64,000 nt of DNA, taken from the NCBI RefSeq assembly GCF_963921235.1, contig NC_086097.1, forward strand, positions 107,944,001-108,008,000, written 5' to 3'. The position numbers were made by a program, and so were the translations under genes. Position 1 is the first letter of the stretch. Each line of letters opens with the position of its first letter. The notes beneath the pieces are model-generated. The model was not told the DNA's origin and did not search any database. It saw nothing but the letters and a program-made list of their open reading frames with translations. The stretch is from Mobula hypostoma. Lineage: Eukaryota. Below are positions 1-13,237 of this stretch, one piece after another.

Positions 1-218
1 CTTCTTCCTCTCTGCCATCCGATTTCTGAATGGACATTGAACCCATGAACACTACCTCACTATTTTCTTTTAACTATTTTATATATAATATATACACATC
101 TATACATACGCATACTTACTGTAATTCACATTCTTTCTTTCTATTATTATGTATTGCAATATACTGCTGTTGCTAAGGCAACAAATATCACAACGTATAC
201 TGGTGATATTAAACCTGA
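1..218 (+). mobile_element. 3' end of a Rex1/L2-type LINE (runs off the window start)
   Basis: Resembles the 3' ends at 58530-58885 (+) and 10735-11240 (-): cttcttcc..tctgccatc ... ggtgatattaaacctga. Confidence 0.6.
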
Positions 219-359
219 CCCTGTGATTTCTTTTTTTGCACGCAATCTTGTACACTGCTCCACTTACATATAGACACTGCTCATTTTAAGCCCAAATTTT
301 TAAATATTATTCTTGGCTCCTCAGTGATTCATCCCAGAAACATGCCTTTCACCCCACTT

Positions 360-470
360 TATCCACTCTTTTGCCCATTACACAGCTAGCATTTAGGGCA
401 GCAATGAAGGTCCTCTGTCTCTGGTGGTGTTCAGGGCTTCCTTTATCATGTCAGTAGCTTCGTCTCAGTT
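360..470 (-). mobile_element. Possible RTE-type LINE 3' remnant
   Basis: Reverse complement reads ...ggaccttcattgctgccctaaatgctagc..., similar to RTE 3' ends as I recall them; not verified. Confidence 0.3.
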
Positions 471-473
471 TAT

Positions 474-3038
474 TACAGCTGCAGGGATGTGGACTACAAA
501 TTACAACTGGAAATAGAAAAGGCTTGCCAGAAGGGCAGTGTTATGATAATTGTGGGGGATTTTAACATGCGAGTAGATTGGGAAAATCAGGTCAGCACTG
601 GATCTCAAGAGAGAGAATTTGTAGAATGTCTGCGAGATGGCTTTTTAGAACAGCTTGTTGTTGAGCCCACTAGGGGATCGGCTGTACTGGATTGGGTATT
701 GTGTAATGAACCGGAGGTGATTGGAGAGATTGAGGTGAAGGAACCCTTAGGAGGCAGCGATCATAACATGATTGAGTCCACTGTGAAATTAGAAAAAGAG
801 AAGCCGAAATCTGATGTGTCGGTATTTCAGTGGAGTAAAGGAAATTACAGTGGCATGAGAGAGGAACTGGCCAAAGTTGACTGGAAAGGGACACTGGCGG
901 GAAAGACAGCAGAGCAGCAGTGGCTGGAGTTTATGCGAGAAATGAGGAATGTGCAAGACAGGTATATTCCAAAAAAGAAGAAATTTTCGAGTGGAAAAAG
1001 GATGCAACCGTGGTTGACAAGAGAAGTCAAAGCCAAAGTTAAAGCAAAAGAGAGGGCATACAGGGAAGCAAAAATTAGTGGGAAGAGAGAGGATTGGGAA
1101 GTTTTTAAAACCTTACAAAAGGAAACCAAGAAGGTCATTAAAAGAGAAAAAATTAACTATGAATGGAAGCTAGCAAATAATATCGAAGAGGATACTAAAA
1201 GCTTTTTCAAGTATATAAAGAGTAAAAGACAGGTGAGAGTAGATATAGGACTGATAGAAAATGATGCTGGAGAAATTGTAATGGGAGATAAGGAGATGGC
1301 AGAGGAACTGAACAAGTATTTTGCATCAGTCTTCACTGAGGAAGACAGCAGTATACCGGACACTCAAGGGTGGCAGGGAAGAGAAGTGTGCGCAGTCACA
1401 ATTACGACAGAGAAAGTACTCAGGAAGCTGAATAGGCTAAAGGTAGATAAATCTCCTGGACCAGATGGAATGCACCCTCGTGTTCTGAAGGAAGTAGCTG
1501 TGGAGATTGCAGAGGCATTAGTGATGATCTTTCAAAAGTCGATAGATTCTGGCATGGTTCCGGAGGACTGGAAGATTGCAAATGTCACTGCGCTATTTAA
1601 GAAGGGGGCAAGGAAGCAAAAAGGAAATTATAGACCTGTTAGCTTGACATCTGTGGTTGGGAAGTTGTTGGAGTCGATTGTCAAGGATGAGGTTACAGAG
1701 TACCTGGAGGCATATAACAAGATAGGCAGAACTCAGCATGGATTCCTTAAAGGAAAATCCTGCCTGACAAACCTATTACAATTTTTTGAGGAAATTACCA
1801 GTAGGCTAGACAAGGGAGATGCAGTGGATGTTGTATATTTGGATTTTCAGAAGGCCTTTGACAAGGTGCCACACATGAGGCTACTTAACAAGATAAGAGC
1901 CCATGGAATTACAGGAAAGTTACATACGTGGATAGAGCGTTGGTTGATTGGCAGGAAACAGAGAGTGGGAATAAAGGGATCCTACTCTGGTTGGCTGCTG
2001 GTTACCAGTGGTGTTCCGCAGGGATCAGTGTTGGGGCCGCTTCTTTTTACATTGTACATCAACGATTTAGATTATGGAATAGATGGCTTTGTGGCTAAGT
2101 TTGCTGACGATACGAAGACAGGTGGAGGGGCCGGTAATGCTGAGGAAACGGAGAGTCTGCAGAGAGACTTGGATAGATTGGAAGAATGGGCGGAGAAGTG
2201 GCAAATGAAGTACAATGTTGGAAAGTGTATGGTTATGCACTTTGGCAGAAAAAGTAAACGGGCAGACTATTATTTAAATGGGGAAAGAATTCAAAGTTCT
2301 GAGATGCAACAGGACTTGGGAGTCCTCGTACAGGATACCCTTAAAGTTAACCTCCAGGTTGAGTCAGTAGTGAAGAAAGCGAATGCAATGTTGGCATTCA
2401 TTTCTAGAGGAATAAAGTATAGGAGCAGGGATGTGATGTTGAGGCTCTATAAGGCGCTGGTAAGACCTCACTTGGAGTGCTGTGGGCAGTTTTGGTCTCC
2501 TTATTTAAGAAAGGATGTGCTGACGTTGCAGAGGGCACAGAGAAGATTCACTAGAATGATTCCGGGAATGAGAGGGTTAACATATGAGGAACGTTTGTCC
2601 GCTCTTGGACTGTATTCCTTGGAGTTTAGAAGAATGAGGGGAGACCTCATAGAAACATTTCGAATGTTAAAAGGCATGGACAGAGTGGATGTGGCAAAGT
2701 TGTTTCCCATGATGGGGGAGTCTAGTACGAGAGGGCATGACTTAAGGATTGAAGGGCGCCCTTTCAGAACAGAAATGCGAAGAAATTTTTTTAGTCAGAG
2801 GGTGGTGAATCTATGGAATTTGTTGCCACGGGCAGCAGTGGAGGCCAAGTCATTGGGTGTATTTAAGGCAGAGATTGATAGGTATCTGAGTAGCCAGGGC
2901 ATCAAAGGTTATGGTGAGAAGGCAGGGGAGTGGGACTAAATAGGAGAAAATGGATGAGCTCATGATAAAATGGCGGAGCAGACTCGATGGGCCGAATGGC
3001 CTACTTCTGCTCCTTTGTCTTATGGTCTTCTGGTCTTA
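474..3038 (+). mobile_element. Young 5'-truncated CR1 LINE
   Basis: Uninterrupted ORF2 followed by a CR1-type 3' UTR (gactcgatgggccgaatggcctacttctgctcc) and a short tatggtct-like repeat tail. Confidence 0.95.
489..2939 (+). CDS. CR1 ORF2: partial APE endonuclease plus reverse transcriptase, 816 codons without a stop
   Basis: Motifs GDFN, SDHN, KSPGPDG, NYRPVSLTS, QHGF, YLDFQKAFDKV, GVPQGSVLGP, FADD and a CR1 C-terminus (RNFFSQRVVNLWN). The endonuclease N-terminus is missing; the listed start is a GTG, not a true initiator. Confidence 0.93.
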   Translation: MDYKLQLEIEKACQKGSVMIIVGDFNMRVDWENQVSTGSQEREFVECLRDGFLEQLVVEPTRGSAVLDWVLCNEPEVIGEIEVKEPLGGSDHNMIESTVKLEKEKPKSDVSVFQWSKGNYSGMREELAKVDWKGTLAGKTAEQQWLEFMREMRNVQDRYIPKKKKFSSGKRMQPWLTREVKAKVKAKERAYREAKISGKREDWEVFKTLQKETKKVIKREKINYEWKLANNIEEDTKSFFKYIKSKRQVRVDIGLIENDAGEIVMGDKEMAEELNKYFASVFTEEDSSIPDTQGWQGREVCAVTITTEKVLRKLNRLKVDKSPGPDGMHPRVLKEVAVEIAEALVMIFQKSIDSGMVPEDWKIANVTALFKKGARKQKGNYRPVSLTSVVGKLLESIVKDEVTEYLEAYNKIGRTQHGFLKGKSCLTNLLQFFEEITSRLDKGDAVDVVYLDFQKAFDKVPHMRLLNKIRAHGITGKLHTWIERWLIGRKQRVGIKGSYSGWLLVTSGVPQGSVLGPLLFTLYINDLDYGIDGFVAKFADDTKTGGGAGNAEETESLQRDLDRLEEWAEKWQMKYNVGKCMVMHFGRKSKRADYYLNGERIQSSEMQQDLGVLVQDTLKVNLQVESVVKKANAMLAFISRGIKYRSRDVMLRLYKALVRPHLECCGQFWSPYLRKDVLTLQRAQRRFTRMIPGMRGLTYEERLSALGLYSLEFRRMRGDLIETFRMLKGMDRVDVAKLFPMMGESSTRGHDLRIEGRPFRTEMRRNFFSQRVVNLWNLLPRAAVEAKSLGVFKAEIDRYLSSQGIKGYGEKAGEWD

Positions 3039-3136
3039 TTATGTCCATGTTGATCATCAATTAATCATCTAATCCTATATCTAAGCACTTGGTCTGTTCC
3101 TTTGAATGTCATAGCAATTCAAGTGCTTGTCTAGAC

Positions 3137-5139
<2,003 letters not shown>

Positions 5140-5679
5140 GTCTAGACAGACACTCTTTAAATGTTACAAAAGTATCCACTTTCACTTGGCAGTCCACTGC
5201 AGACTCCACCATACTGTGAGTGGAAAAAAAATTCCACTGGTCCCCTCTAAACTTCATACCTTAAACCTATGGTCTCCAGTTATTGACATCTCTGTTATAC
5301 AGAACACATGCTGTTTGTTCTGAAGACAATCAGAAACATATCCAATCCATTGTCACAACAACTTCTTCTCCAGCACAAGCAGATACCATTAGTTCTGGCT
5401 GTTGGTAGTACACAATCAGGATTCTATGCTGTATATTAGATTTTGTAAAAATGGAAGTCCTAACAATTCCAAGTGACACTTTAACTTTTTGTGAGCTTGC
5501 AGCATGTATGGTATCTGTACAAGTTAAACACCAGGTTTGTTAAATGTTTGCTAATAGTGGTTGGATCTTTTTTGGCCTCAGGCACCAGTGGCATAAGAAC
5601 AAAAGACCAAAGAGTTTATCTGTCCCTGTGTGACTCTAAATGCTTGAGGATTGAATCCCTATTTATCGAAAAGCCTTTT

Positions 5680-5935
5680 GCTTGGTTCTTAGGACTTCAC
5701 CTATCCCAAGGAATCACAATCAATCGGTGCCTAGGAGGGACCCAGGGTTTGGGTTTGAGTATTTGATCCTCCACTATTCCACGTGGGAATTTAAACTGGA
5801 GGTGGCAGCGTTTTTTTTACGAGGTCGAGTTGTAAGCTCGACACCAACCTGGCATGGATGGAGAGCACGCTCGGGAGCGGTCTGTCACTGGATCGAACTC
5901 GGGAACCCCCGTTCTCGAGCCTGGAGGTTCCCAAG
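5680..5935 (-). mobile_element. Probable tRNA-derived SINE
   Basis: B-box-like GAGTTCGATCC on the minus strand at 5890-5900 in a GC-richer patch; boundaries uncertain. Confidence 0.35.
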
Positions 5936-6104
5936 TTCGTGAGTTCATTTCATGAGTCAGAATTCGGAGCTCCCCCAACAACAGCCATAATCAAGTTCCC
6001 CATCAACAGCAACAATCAATTGGAGACTAAGAATCATGAGCCCCAAAATCTCTGTGGAAATCTTTGTCTACGAGTATACCATTGAAAAACAAAAGAACTA
6101 CTTC

Positions 6105-7468
6105 TGATCAAGATGGCGCCTGTGTATAACGCTCCTTCAGTCGACATCTTCTGGATAGATTATGAAACCATATGTTTCACTTCTTTTATGTCTTTTACAT
6201 TTGTTTTTTTTTATCTTGATTGTAATTCTGGAACTGTTGATTTACAGTTTGGAGATCATTTGGGTGTTTCAGCGCTCAGCAGTCTCCAAGAGGATTCCAG
6301 GAGGCAGAGGCAGCCTACACGAATCTCGTGGCAAGACTGTTGGACAGCTGTGGGGTGCGAGCCAAAGTTTGATTCTATTTCACAGACTAAAGCTTCCATT
6401 GTTCGGCGATTAAAGCTACGACGGAGATTGAAATATCAAGGAAAATGCAGAAGGTGAACACCAGCCACCTGCCTTTTGATCATTGGTGGGATCACACTGC
6501 TGCCAGAGAGGGGGCACTGTCTTTTGATTGCTGGGGGATTACTCTGCTATCAGAGAGGGGAGACTGCTTTTTGATCATTAGTGAGATCACTCTGCTACCG
6601 GAAAAGGGAGACTACCTGCTGATTACTAGTGATGTTGTTCTGCTACGGGAGAGGGGAGACTGCCTTTTGATCCTGGCGAGATCGCTCTGCTATCAGAGAG
6701 GGGAGACTGCCTTTTGATCGCTAGTGAAATCACTCTGCTACCGGAGAGGGGAGACTGCCTTTTGATCGTTGGTGAGATCGCTCTGCTATCAGAGAGGGGA
6801 GACTGCCTTTTGATCGCTAGTGAAATCACTCTGCTACTGGAGAGGGGAGACTGCCTTTTGATCGTTGGTGAGATCGCTCTGCTATCAGAGAGGGGAGACT
6901 GCCTTTTGATCGCTAGTGAAATCACTCTGCTACGGGAGAGGGGAGACTGCCTTTTGATCCTGGCGAGATCGCTCTGCTATCAGAGAGGGGAGACTGCCTT
7001 TTGATCGCTAGTGAAATCACTCTGCTACCGGAGAGGGGAGACTGCCTTTTGATCGTTGGTGAGATCGCTCTGCTATCAGAGAGGGGAGACTGCCTTTTGA
7101 TCGCTAGTGAAATCACTCTGCTACCGGAGAGGGGAGACTGCCTTTTGATCGTTGGTGAGATCGCTCTGCTGCCAGAGAGGGAAAGGCCTGCCGCTGTGTC
7201 CAAAGAATGTTACCCAGCTTTTCTGTGTTTTGATATAGTTTTTGATATTGGGTTTTTTGCCCAATCTTTCTTGTTTTTCTTTGTATGTGGGGGAGGGAGG
7301 TTTGGAGGTTGATGTGCCTGTTCTGCTTTCGTTCATTTTTTTGTGCGCGGAGGAGGGATTCGGGGGTTGATGATTCTACTGCTGTTCTTTTCTTTCTTGG
7401 TTTCGTGGCTGTCTGGAGAAGAATAATTTCAGAGTTGTATACTTCGATAATAAATGAATATTTGAAAC
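6105..7468 (+). mobile_element. Probable non-autonomous retroelement carrying an internal minisatellite
   Basis: Starts caagatggcgcc (YY1-like motif common at retroelement 5' ends) and ends gataataaatgaatatttgaa, like the LINE tails elsewhere in the window. No recognisable protein. Confidence 0.45.
6464..7181. repeat. 48-bp minisatellite, about 15 copies, with higher-order structure
   Basis: Unit core gagactgccttttgatc recurs at 6560, 6608, 6656, 6703, 6751, 6799, 6847, 6895, 6943, 6990, 7038, 7086 and 7134, with degenerate units near 6464 and 6512. Confidence 0.97.
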
Positions 7469-7971
7469 TTTTATATATTTATTCCATACATCCACTTCAT
7501 TTCTATTTACGGCCTCCTGATGAATGGAATTGAGTATCAACCAGTCACTTTGATTGTTTGCTTGTACTCACTGTATCTAAAATGGTACATTTTGTTTTCT
7601 GTACTTTGCTGGTCATACAAACTTGGAATGGAATCATCCGAGAGAAGAAGATGATACTTAAATTTGAATCAATTTAGTATGGTTATAATCATATGGAAAT
7701 TGTGGGGTGCTGTTTCAATAATGCACCGATCTTGTATTTTCATGAGTCACACACAAATGAGTAATCTGTTGTTTAGAGTAATAATGACATATGAAAGCAG
7801 TTGAACAGCAATTATTCAAAACATTGCAAAGTTCATAGTTACTTCAGATGTCAAAATTACATATATAGTTCCACACAAATTTTAAAAGTACATTTACATT
7901 GAAAGAAGCGGACCCATTACATATTTAGCACCCCATTCAGAATCTTCTATGATAAACATGAGAGAGGCCTC

Positions 7972-8190
7972 CATTGGTCAGGTTCGACCACAGGTGGTGC
8001 ATCCTAGCTGTCTAGATATGCAAGCCAGGGCAGTACAAATATGGAGGACAAGCTGTTGCCCACGCAGCAAGCTCCCCCTCTCCACACAACTAATGAGCCC
8101 AAAGGAATAGCAGTGACTGATGCAGTTTGGCACCAGCAGTATCGCTGGAGTTGCCAGTCAGCTTTGAACTCAACATAGGGCAGCCTTAGA
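7972..8190 (+). mobile_element. RTE/BovB-like 5' UTR fragment or derived SINE
   Basis: caagctgttgcccacgcagcaagctccccctctccac ... gcagtttggcaccagc ... ggagttgccag resembles RTE-clade 5' sequence as I recall it; needs a repeat-library check. Confidence 0.4.
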
Positions 8191-8645
8191 TGATAAACGT
8201 GAAGATTCAATCAATCAAGCAAAGGAAAATGAGACTGCTGCCTGCCCTGGCAGTGACTGAATCTGATATCAATGAAGAGGCCAGTCAACATCAGGTTGGC
8301 TATGCGGTTGAGGACCTGACTGCTGTGGAAACACAATGGGCTGAATGTTACTCCAGAACGTATTACAAACCAGAGTTTGGAAAGTATTCCACTGAATAAA
8401 TTACGCTCCTTTTTGAACTTTTCAGAAAACTCTTAGAAAATAACATTATAGATCAGATTACAGTGGAACAATGAAAAGAGGCAAGTAAAACAAAAAGATA
8501 ATTGGCTAGGAAACAGTGCTGATGAGTCTTGAGAGACAATTGAGACAAAATATAAAGTACACTAAAAAGAAATGACATGGGCTCAGATACTTCTTATGTT
8601 GATCAGAAGTTTACCAGATCAAAGTATGATTTCCACAATAAGTAC

Positions 8646-8746
8646 CTTCCAGTTGTTGACTGAGTCCAAGGTTTATCCTGTCTAGTTTCTTCAGACTGGA
8701 ATGTTTTCTTACTGAAGCCAAGCCCAGCTCTATCATATATACAAGC
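8646..8746 (-). CDS. Host gene coding exon D (101 nt, phase 0 to 2)
   Basis: Acceptor ttttactttctcttatcctacag and donor AAG|gtactt. Translates ACIYDRAGLGFSKKTFQSEETRQDKPWTQSTTG; YDRAGLGFS matches the DxxGxGxS motif of alpha/beta hydrolases. Confidence 0.88.
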
Positions 8747-9732
8747 CTGTAGGATAAGAGAAAGTAAAAGGCATTTCTGAGGGGATGATGTATCGAATGG
8801 TCTTATTTTATCTCCTGAGTATCATTTCCTTTGTATGAGATATGCCTAATAAATAAGAATCCTTTCATCAGTGGTATTAGGATTGTAACTGGGCCATAGT
8901 AATATTAAGTAGATGAACTCACAACCCAGATGTACAGAAACTGTAAAACTGAGACCTAAAGTACATCTCTTGATACCTTTGCATAAACTTAATTTTGTTA
9001 ATAGAAACAAAATGCTTGATCAAGTATCAGCTAATTAATTATTCCCCAAAACAGCAGCCTAGCTTTTCCACACAAGCATCCAGCAGAGCAGAAGCATTAA
9101 CTAAAGCGCTGCCATCACAACAAATTACATCCCATACACCCAGGCACATGCACAACAGCTGCAGGCATCTTAGCAATGTCCATCAGGATGGTGCAGACCT
9201 CCATGGGTACCCAGCTCCTCGCTTTGAGCCTGCAGCAGACTGACTCAGCACAAGTTCAGTAACCCTGGTGAAATCATTGGGAGAAAGTGTTTTTGAAGAA
9301 TGGCTTGTCAACTATTACATTAGAGCATTATGGCACATGACCCACGACGTTGTGCTGACCTTTAAACTTATTTTAAAATCAATCTAACCCTTCCCTCCTA
9401 CACAGCCCTCCATTCTTCTATTATCTATGTGCCTATCTATATGTCCCTAATGAAACTGCCTTAACCACCACCCTTCCAAGTATGTTCCATGTACCCATGG
9501 CACTGTGTAATAAGTTCAGACATACTTTGATAACTTTGAATAAGCTTAAATCATTAAAACTTCAGGTATTTTGTGTTTAATAATAATTGTTAAGATATGC
9601 TTTTATATTTTTACTAGTTCTAGAGCTATTTTGAACAGTTACATTCACAAATATTTGATGCCATGGCAGCTTATACGTGGCTGGTCACATGCCTTTTGTC
9701 AAAGCCTTTCTGGGATTAATTCTGGCTTCTTA

Positions 9733-10205
9733 TAGTCATAGTCATACTTTATTGATCCCGGGGGAAATTGGTTTTCGTTACAGTTGCACCATAAATAATT
9801 AAATAGTAATAAAACCATAAATAATTAAATAGTAATATGTAAATTATGCCAGGAAGTAAGTCCAGGACCAGCCTATTGGCTCAGGGTGTCTGATCCTCCA
9901 AGGGATGAGTTGTAAAGTTTGATGGCCACAGGCAGGAATGACTTCCTATGGTGCTCTGTGTTACATCTGGGTGGAATGAGTCTCTGGCTGAATGTACTCC
10001 TGTGCCTACCCAGTACATTATGTAGTGGATGGGAGACATTGACCAAGATGGCATGTAACTTGGACAGCATCCTCTTTTCAGACACCACTGTCAGAGAGTC
10101 CAGTTCCATCCCTACAACATCACTGGCCTTACAAATGAGTTTGTTGGTTCTGTTGGTGTCTGCTACCCTCAGCCTGCTGCCCCAGCACACAACAGCAAAC
10201 ATACT
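9733..10205 (-). mobile_element. Rex1/Babar-type LINE 3' fragment (young family, copy 1)
   Basis: Encodes ...RKSFLPVAIKLYNSSLGGSDTLSQ with a (tatgac)n tail; nearly identical to 12335-12808 and 35810-36250. Confidence 0.9.
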
Positions 10206-10734
10206 GGCCAAACGGTTGTACTGCCTGACTCTAATCCCAACAATACACACGCAGTGATGGAAAAGACAGAATTATACTTCCATACACAATGCAAATATAA
10301 GTGTTGAAACCAAATGCTCAAAAGCAGTCTATTATAGCATCAATACATAGAGATTAAAAGTGTAAATTGTTGCATCTTGGCTTTCAATTGGCCACATACA
10401 ATTAAAATGCTGGATTATTCAAATAACCACTGATTCTTCCTCCCCACATACTTTTGGAAACAATTCCAGCTCCTTTCACCTGGCAGCTATGCCTGACAAA
10501 AGACACTCTCCAGATCATACTAATTTAAGGCATAGGACTCAGCCACTTGCTCGATTACATCAATACATTCTAGACTCAATCACACTTCCTAGCTCTACCA
10601 GTGCTGAACTTGGTATTTTGTAAATATATTGAAGGCTCAACCATCCCTTTCAACTTTTCCATTCTAAATCCCCACCAGGCAAAACGTTTAAAAAATATAT
10701 TAATTCCCCAATAGACCTTCCACTACTTCACCTC

Positions 10735-11240
10735 AGAATCAGGTTTATTATCACTAACATATGACATGAAATATGTTGTTTTGCAGCAGCAGTACAATGC
10801 AATACATAAAATATACTATACATACATTTATAACTATAAATATACTAACATATGTATATACGGTAGTGCAAAAATAGAGCAAATATTGTGAGGTAGTGTT
10901 CATGGGTTTGTTCATTGTCCATTCAGAAATCTGATGGTGGAGGGGAAGAAGCTGTTCCTAAAACACTGAGTATGTGGCTCCAGGCTCCTGTACTTCTCTC
11001 TGCTGGTAGTAATGAGAAAAGTCCATGTCCTGGCTGGTAAGGGCCCTTACTGATGAATGCCGCATTTTTGAGGTGCTGCTTTGTGATGATGTGCTCGATG
11101 GTGGGGAGGATAGTGTCCAAGATGAACTGTATAACCCACTGCAGCTTTTTCCGATCCTGTGCAGATGGTGATGCAACTAATTAAAATGCTCTCCATGGTA
11201 CATCTGTAGAAACTTGCTAAAGTCTTTGCTGACATATTAA
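10735..11240 (-). mobile_element. Older Rex1/L2-type LINE 3' fragment
   Basis: FYRCTMESIL and HGLFSLLP remnants; tail aataaacctgattctga on the minus strand. A second, shorter tail lies at about 11493-11720. Confidence 0.75.
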
Positions 11241-11901
11241 AGACTCACTGAACTGATTCATCTCCCCTCAGTTTCTTTTACACTGAAGAAAAACTTCTCC
11301 AGTCTTGGCAACACCCTTGTAAATCTATTCGGCACCCTTTCTAGAGCCATCTCATCTCTCCTATAGTGCACTGATCAGAACTGTACACCACACTGTAGTC
11401 TGTTTTATGGAGTTCAAACAATCTATCAACTCTTGTATTCTATGAGTTAGCCAATTAAAAGCAAAAATTCCATCTGCCTTCTTAAGCAACTAATCAGAAA
11501 TCATGTTTAATATCACTGGCACATGTTGTGATACTTGTTGTTTTGCAGCAGCAGTATATATATAAAATAAGTAGGCAAAATGAAAGCAAAAAAAAGAAAT
11601 AGTGCACATGGGTTCATTGTCCATTTAGAAATCTGATGGTGGGGAGGGGGAGAAGCTGTTCCTAAAACGTTCAGTGTGGGTCTTCAGGTTCCTGTAGTAG
11701 CAATGAAAAGAGGGAATTTTGTGGCTATGTGTCCAGCCATTTTCAGTGTTTTCTTTCTTATTCTGTTTCCCATCCCCAAATAAATTACCTCATACATTTT
11801 AGACCAAATTCTATTTGCTGCCTTTGTACCCACTTAACACTCCACAGATATTTTCTTGTAGATGGGAATATTTTTCCCTCCGTATTAAGGACTTTATTAA
11901 C

Positions 11902-12808
11902 TTACACCTCGGATTTCAACTACTGCACAGAGTCTTGTCATCTTCACAAGTTTTCTGATGACTCTGCCATAGTTGGATGCATCAGCAAGGGAGATGAGGC
12001 TGAGTACAGGGCTACGGCAGGAAACTTTGTCACATGGTGTGAGCAGAATTATCTGCAGCTTAATGTGAAAAAGACTAAGGAGCTGGTCGTAGACCTGAGG
12101 AGAGCTAAGGTACCAGTGACCCCTGTTTCCATCCAGGGGGTCAGTGTGGACATGGAGGAGGATTACAAATACCTGGTGATACGAATTGACAATAAACTGG
12201 ACTGGTCAAAGAACACTGAGGCTGTCTACAAGAAGGGTCAGAGCCATCTCTATTTGCTGAGGAGACTGAGGTCCCTTAACATCTGCCGGACGATGCTGAG
12301 GATGTTCTACGAGTCTGTGGTGGCCAGTGCTATCATGTTTGCTGTTGTGTGCTGGGGCAGCAGGCTGAGGGTAGCAGACACCAACAGAATCAACAAACTC
12401 ATTCGTAAGGCCAGTGATGTTGTGGGGATGGAACTGGACTCTCTGACAGTGGTGTCTGAAAAGAGGATGCTGTCTAAGTTGCATGCCATCTTGGTCAATG
12501 TCTCCCATCCACGACATAATGTACTGGGTGGGCACAGGAGTACATTCAGCCAGAGACTCATTCCACCAAGATGCAACACAGAGTGTCATAGGAAGTCATT
12601 CCTGCCTGTGGCCATCAAACTTTACAACTCCTCCCTTGGAGGGTCAGACACCCTGAGCCAATAGGCTGGTCCTGGACTTACTTCCTGGCATAATTTACAT
12701 ATTACTATTTAACTATTTATGGTTCTATTACTATTTATTATTTATGGAGCAACTGTAACAAAAACCAATTTCCCCCGGGATTAATAAAGTATGACTATGA
12801 CTATGACT
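11902..12808 (+). mobile_element. Rex1/Babar-type LINE 3' fragment (young family, copy 2)
   Basis: Open RT C-terminal frame to 12664 (YTSDF, KFSDDSAIVG, LNVKKTKELVVD); tail aataaagtatgactatgactatgact. Confidence 0.93.
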
Positions 12809-12957
12809 AACTTTGGTATTAACAGCAAACATTGTACTTGCTGTCCCAACTGCTCCATCCAGGAAAATCAGAAAATATAACATACTTGCAAAAGGTAATG
12901 GGCCAAATTTTGCGGCAGTCTGGACAGTGAAACTAGTTACATTTGCAATAGTCACAC

Positions 12958-13237
12958 TGTAGCGGTGTGCTACACACAGCGCTAGAATAACCACACGGAG
13001 TCGGTGAGTTGGAGTTGCGATAAAAAGATTTATTCGCGGCCTGCTTTAAAGCCTTCCCGTTCCCGCCCTCCCTGGGGAGGGATTGCTGTGGGCAATGCAT
13101 ATTCCCAGACCCTTTCCATGCGGGGGATTTTCCCCCGGCTGGTGAAGATGGCCTGGCGCCCTTTTTGGGGCCGGCCCTCTGCCTGCGCGCGCTGTTTCGT
13201 GAGCCGGTTCGTGTGTGCTAGAAAGTGGGTCGCCACA
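12958..13237 (-). repeat. Gypsy 3' LTR (280 bp)
   Basis: Direct repeat of 16951-17237, preceded on the element strand by a poly-G polypurine tract (C run at about 13242-13255). Confidence 0.95.

Noticed and set aside
6464..7181. Regularly spaced repeats resembling a CRISPR array
   Set aside because: The intervening sequences are repeated variants, not unique spacers; there are no cas genes and the context is eukaryotic. It is a minisatellite.
6445..7312. Repetitive ORFs (ERGDCLLIASEITLL...) on both strands
   Set aside because: A by-product of a 48-nt unit without stops; the frame is broken by 47-bp units and there is no other coding evidence.
8646..8746. Alternative open frame LVYMIELGLASVRKHSSLKKLDRINLGLSQQLE in exon D
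   Set aside because: Its phase is incompatible with exon C, and the other frame contains the hydrolase motif YDRAGLGFS.
11729..11901. N-terminal extension of the 311-aa ORF as a novel RT fusion
   Set aside because: Similarity to the Rex1 family starts at about 11902; the upstream codons are unrelated flank that happens to be open.
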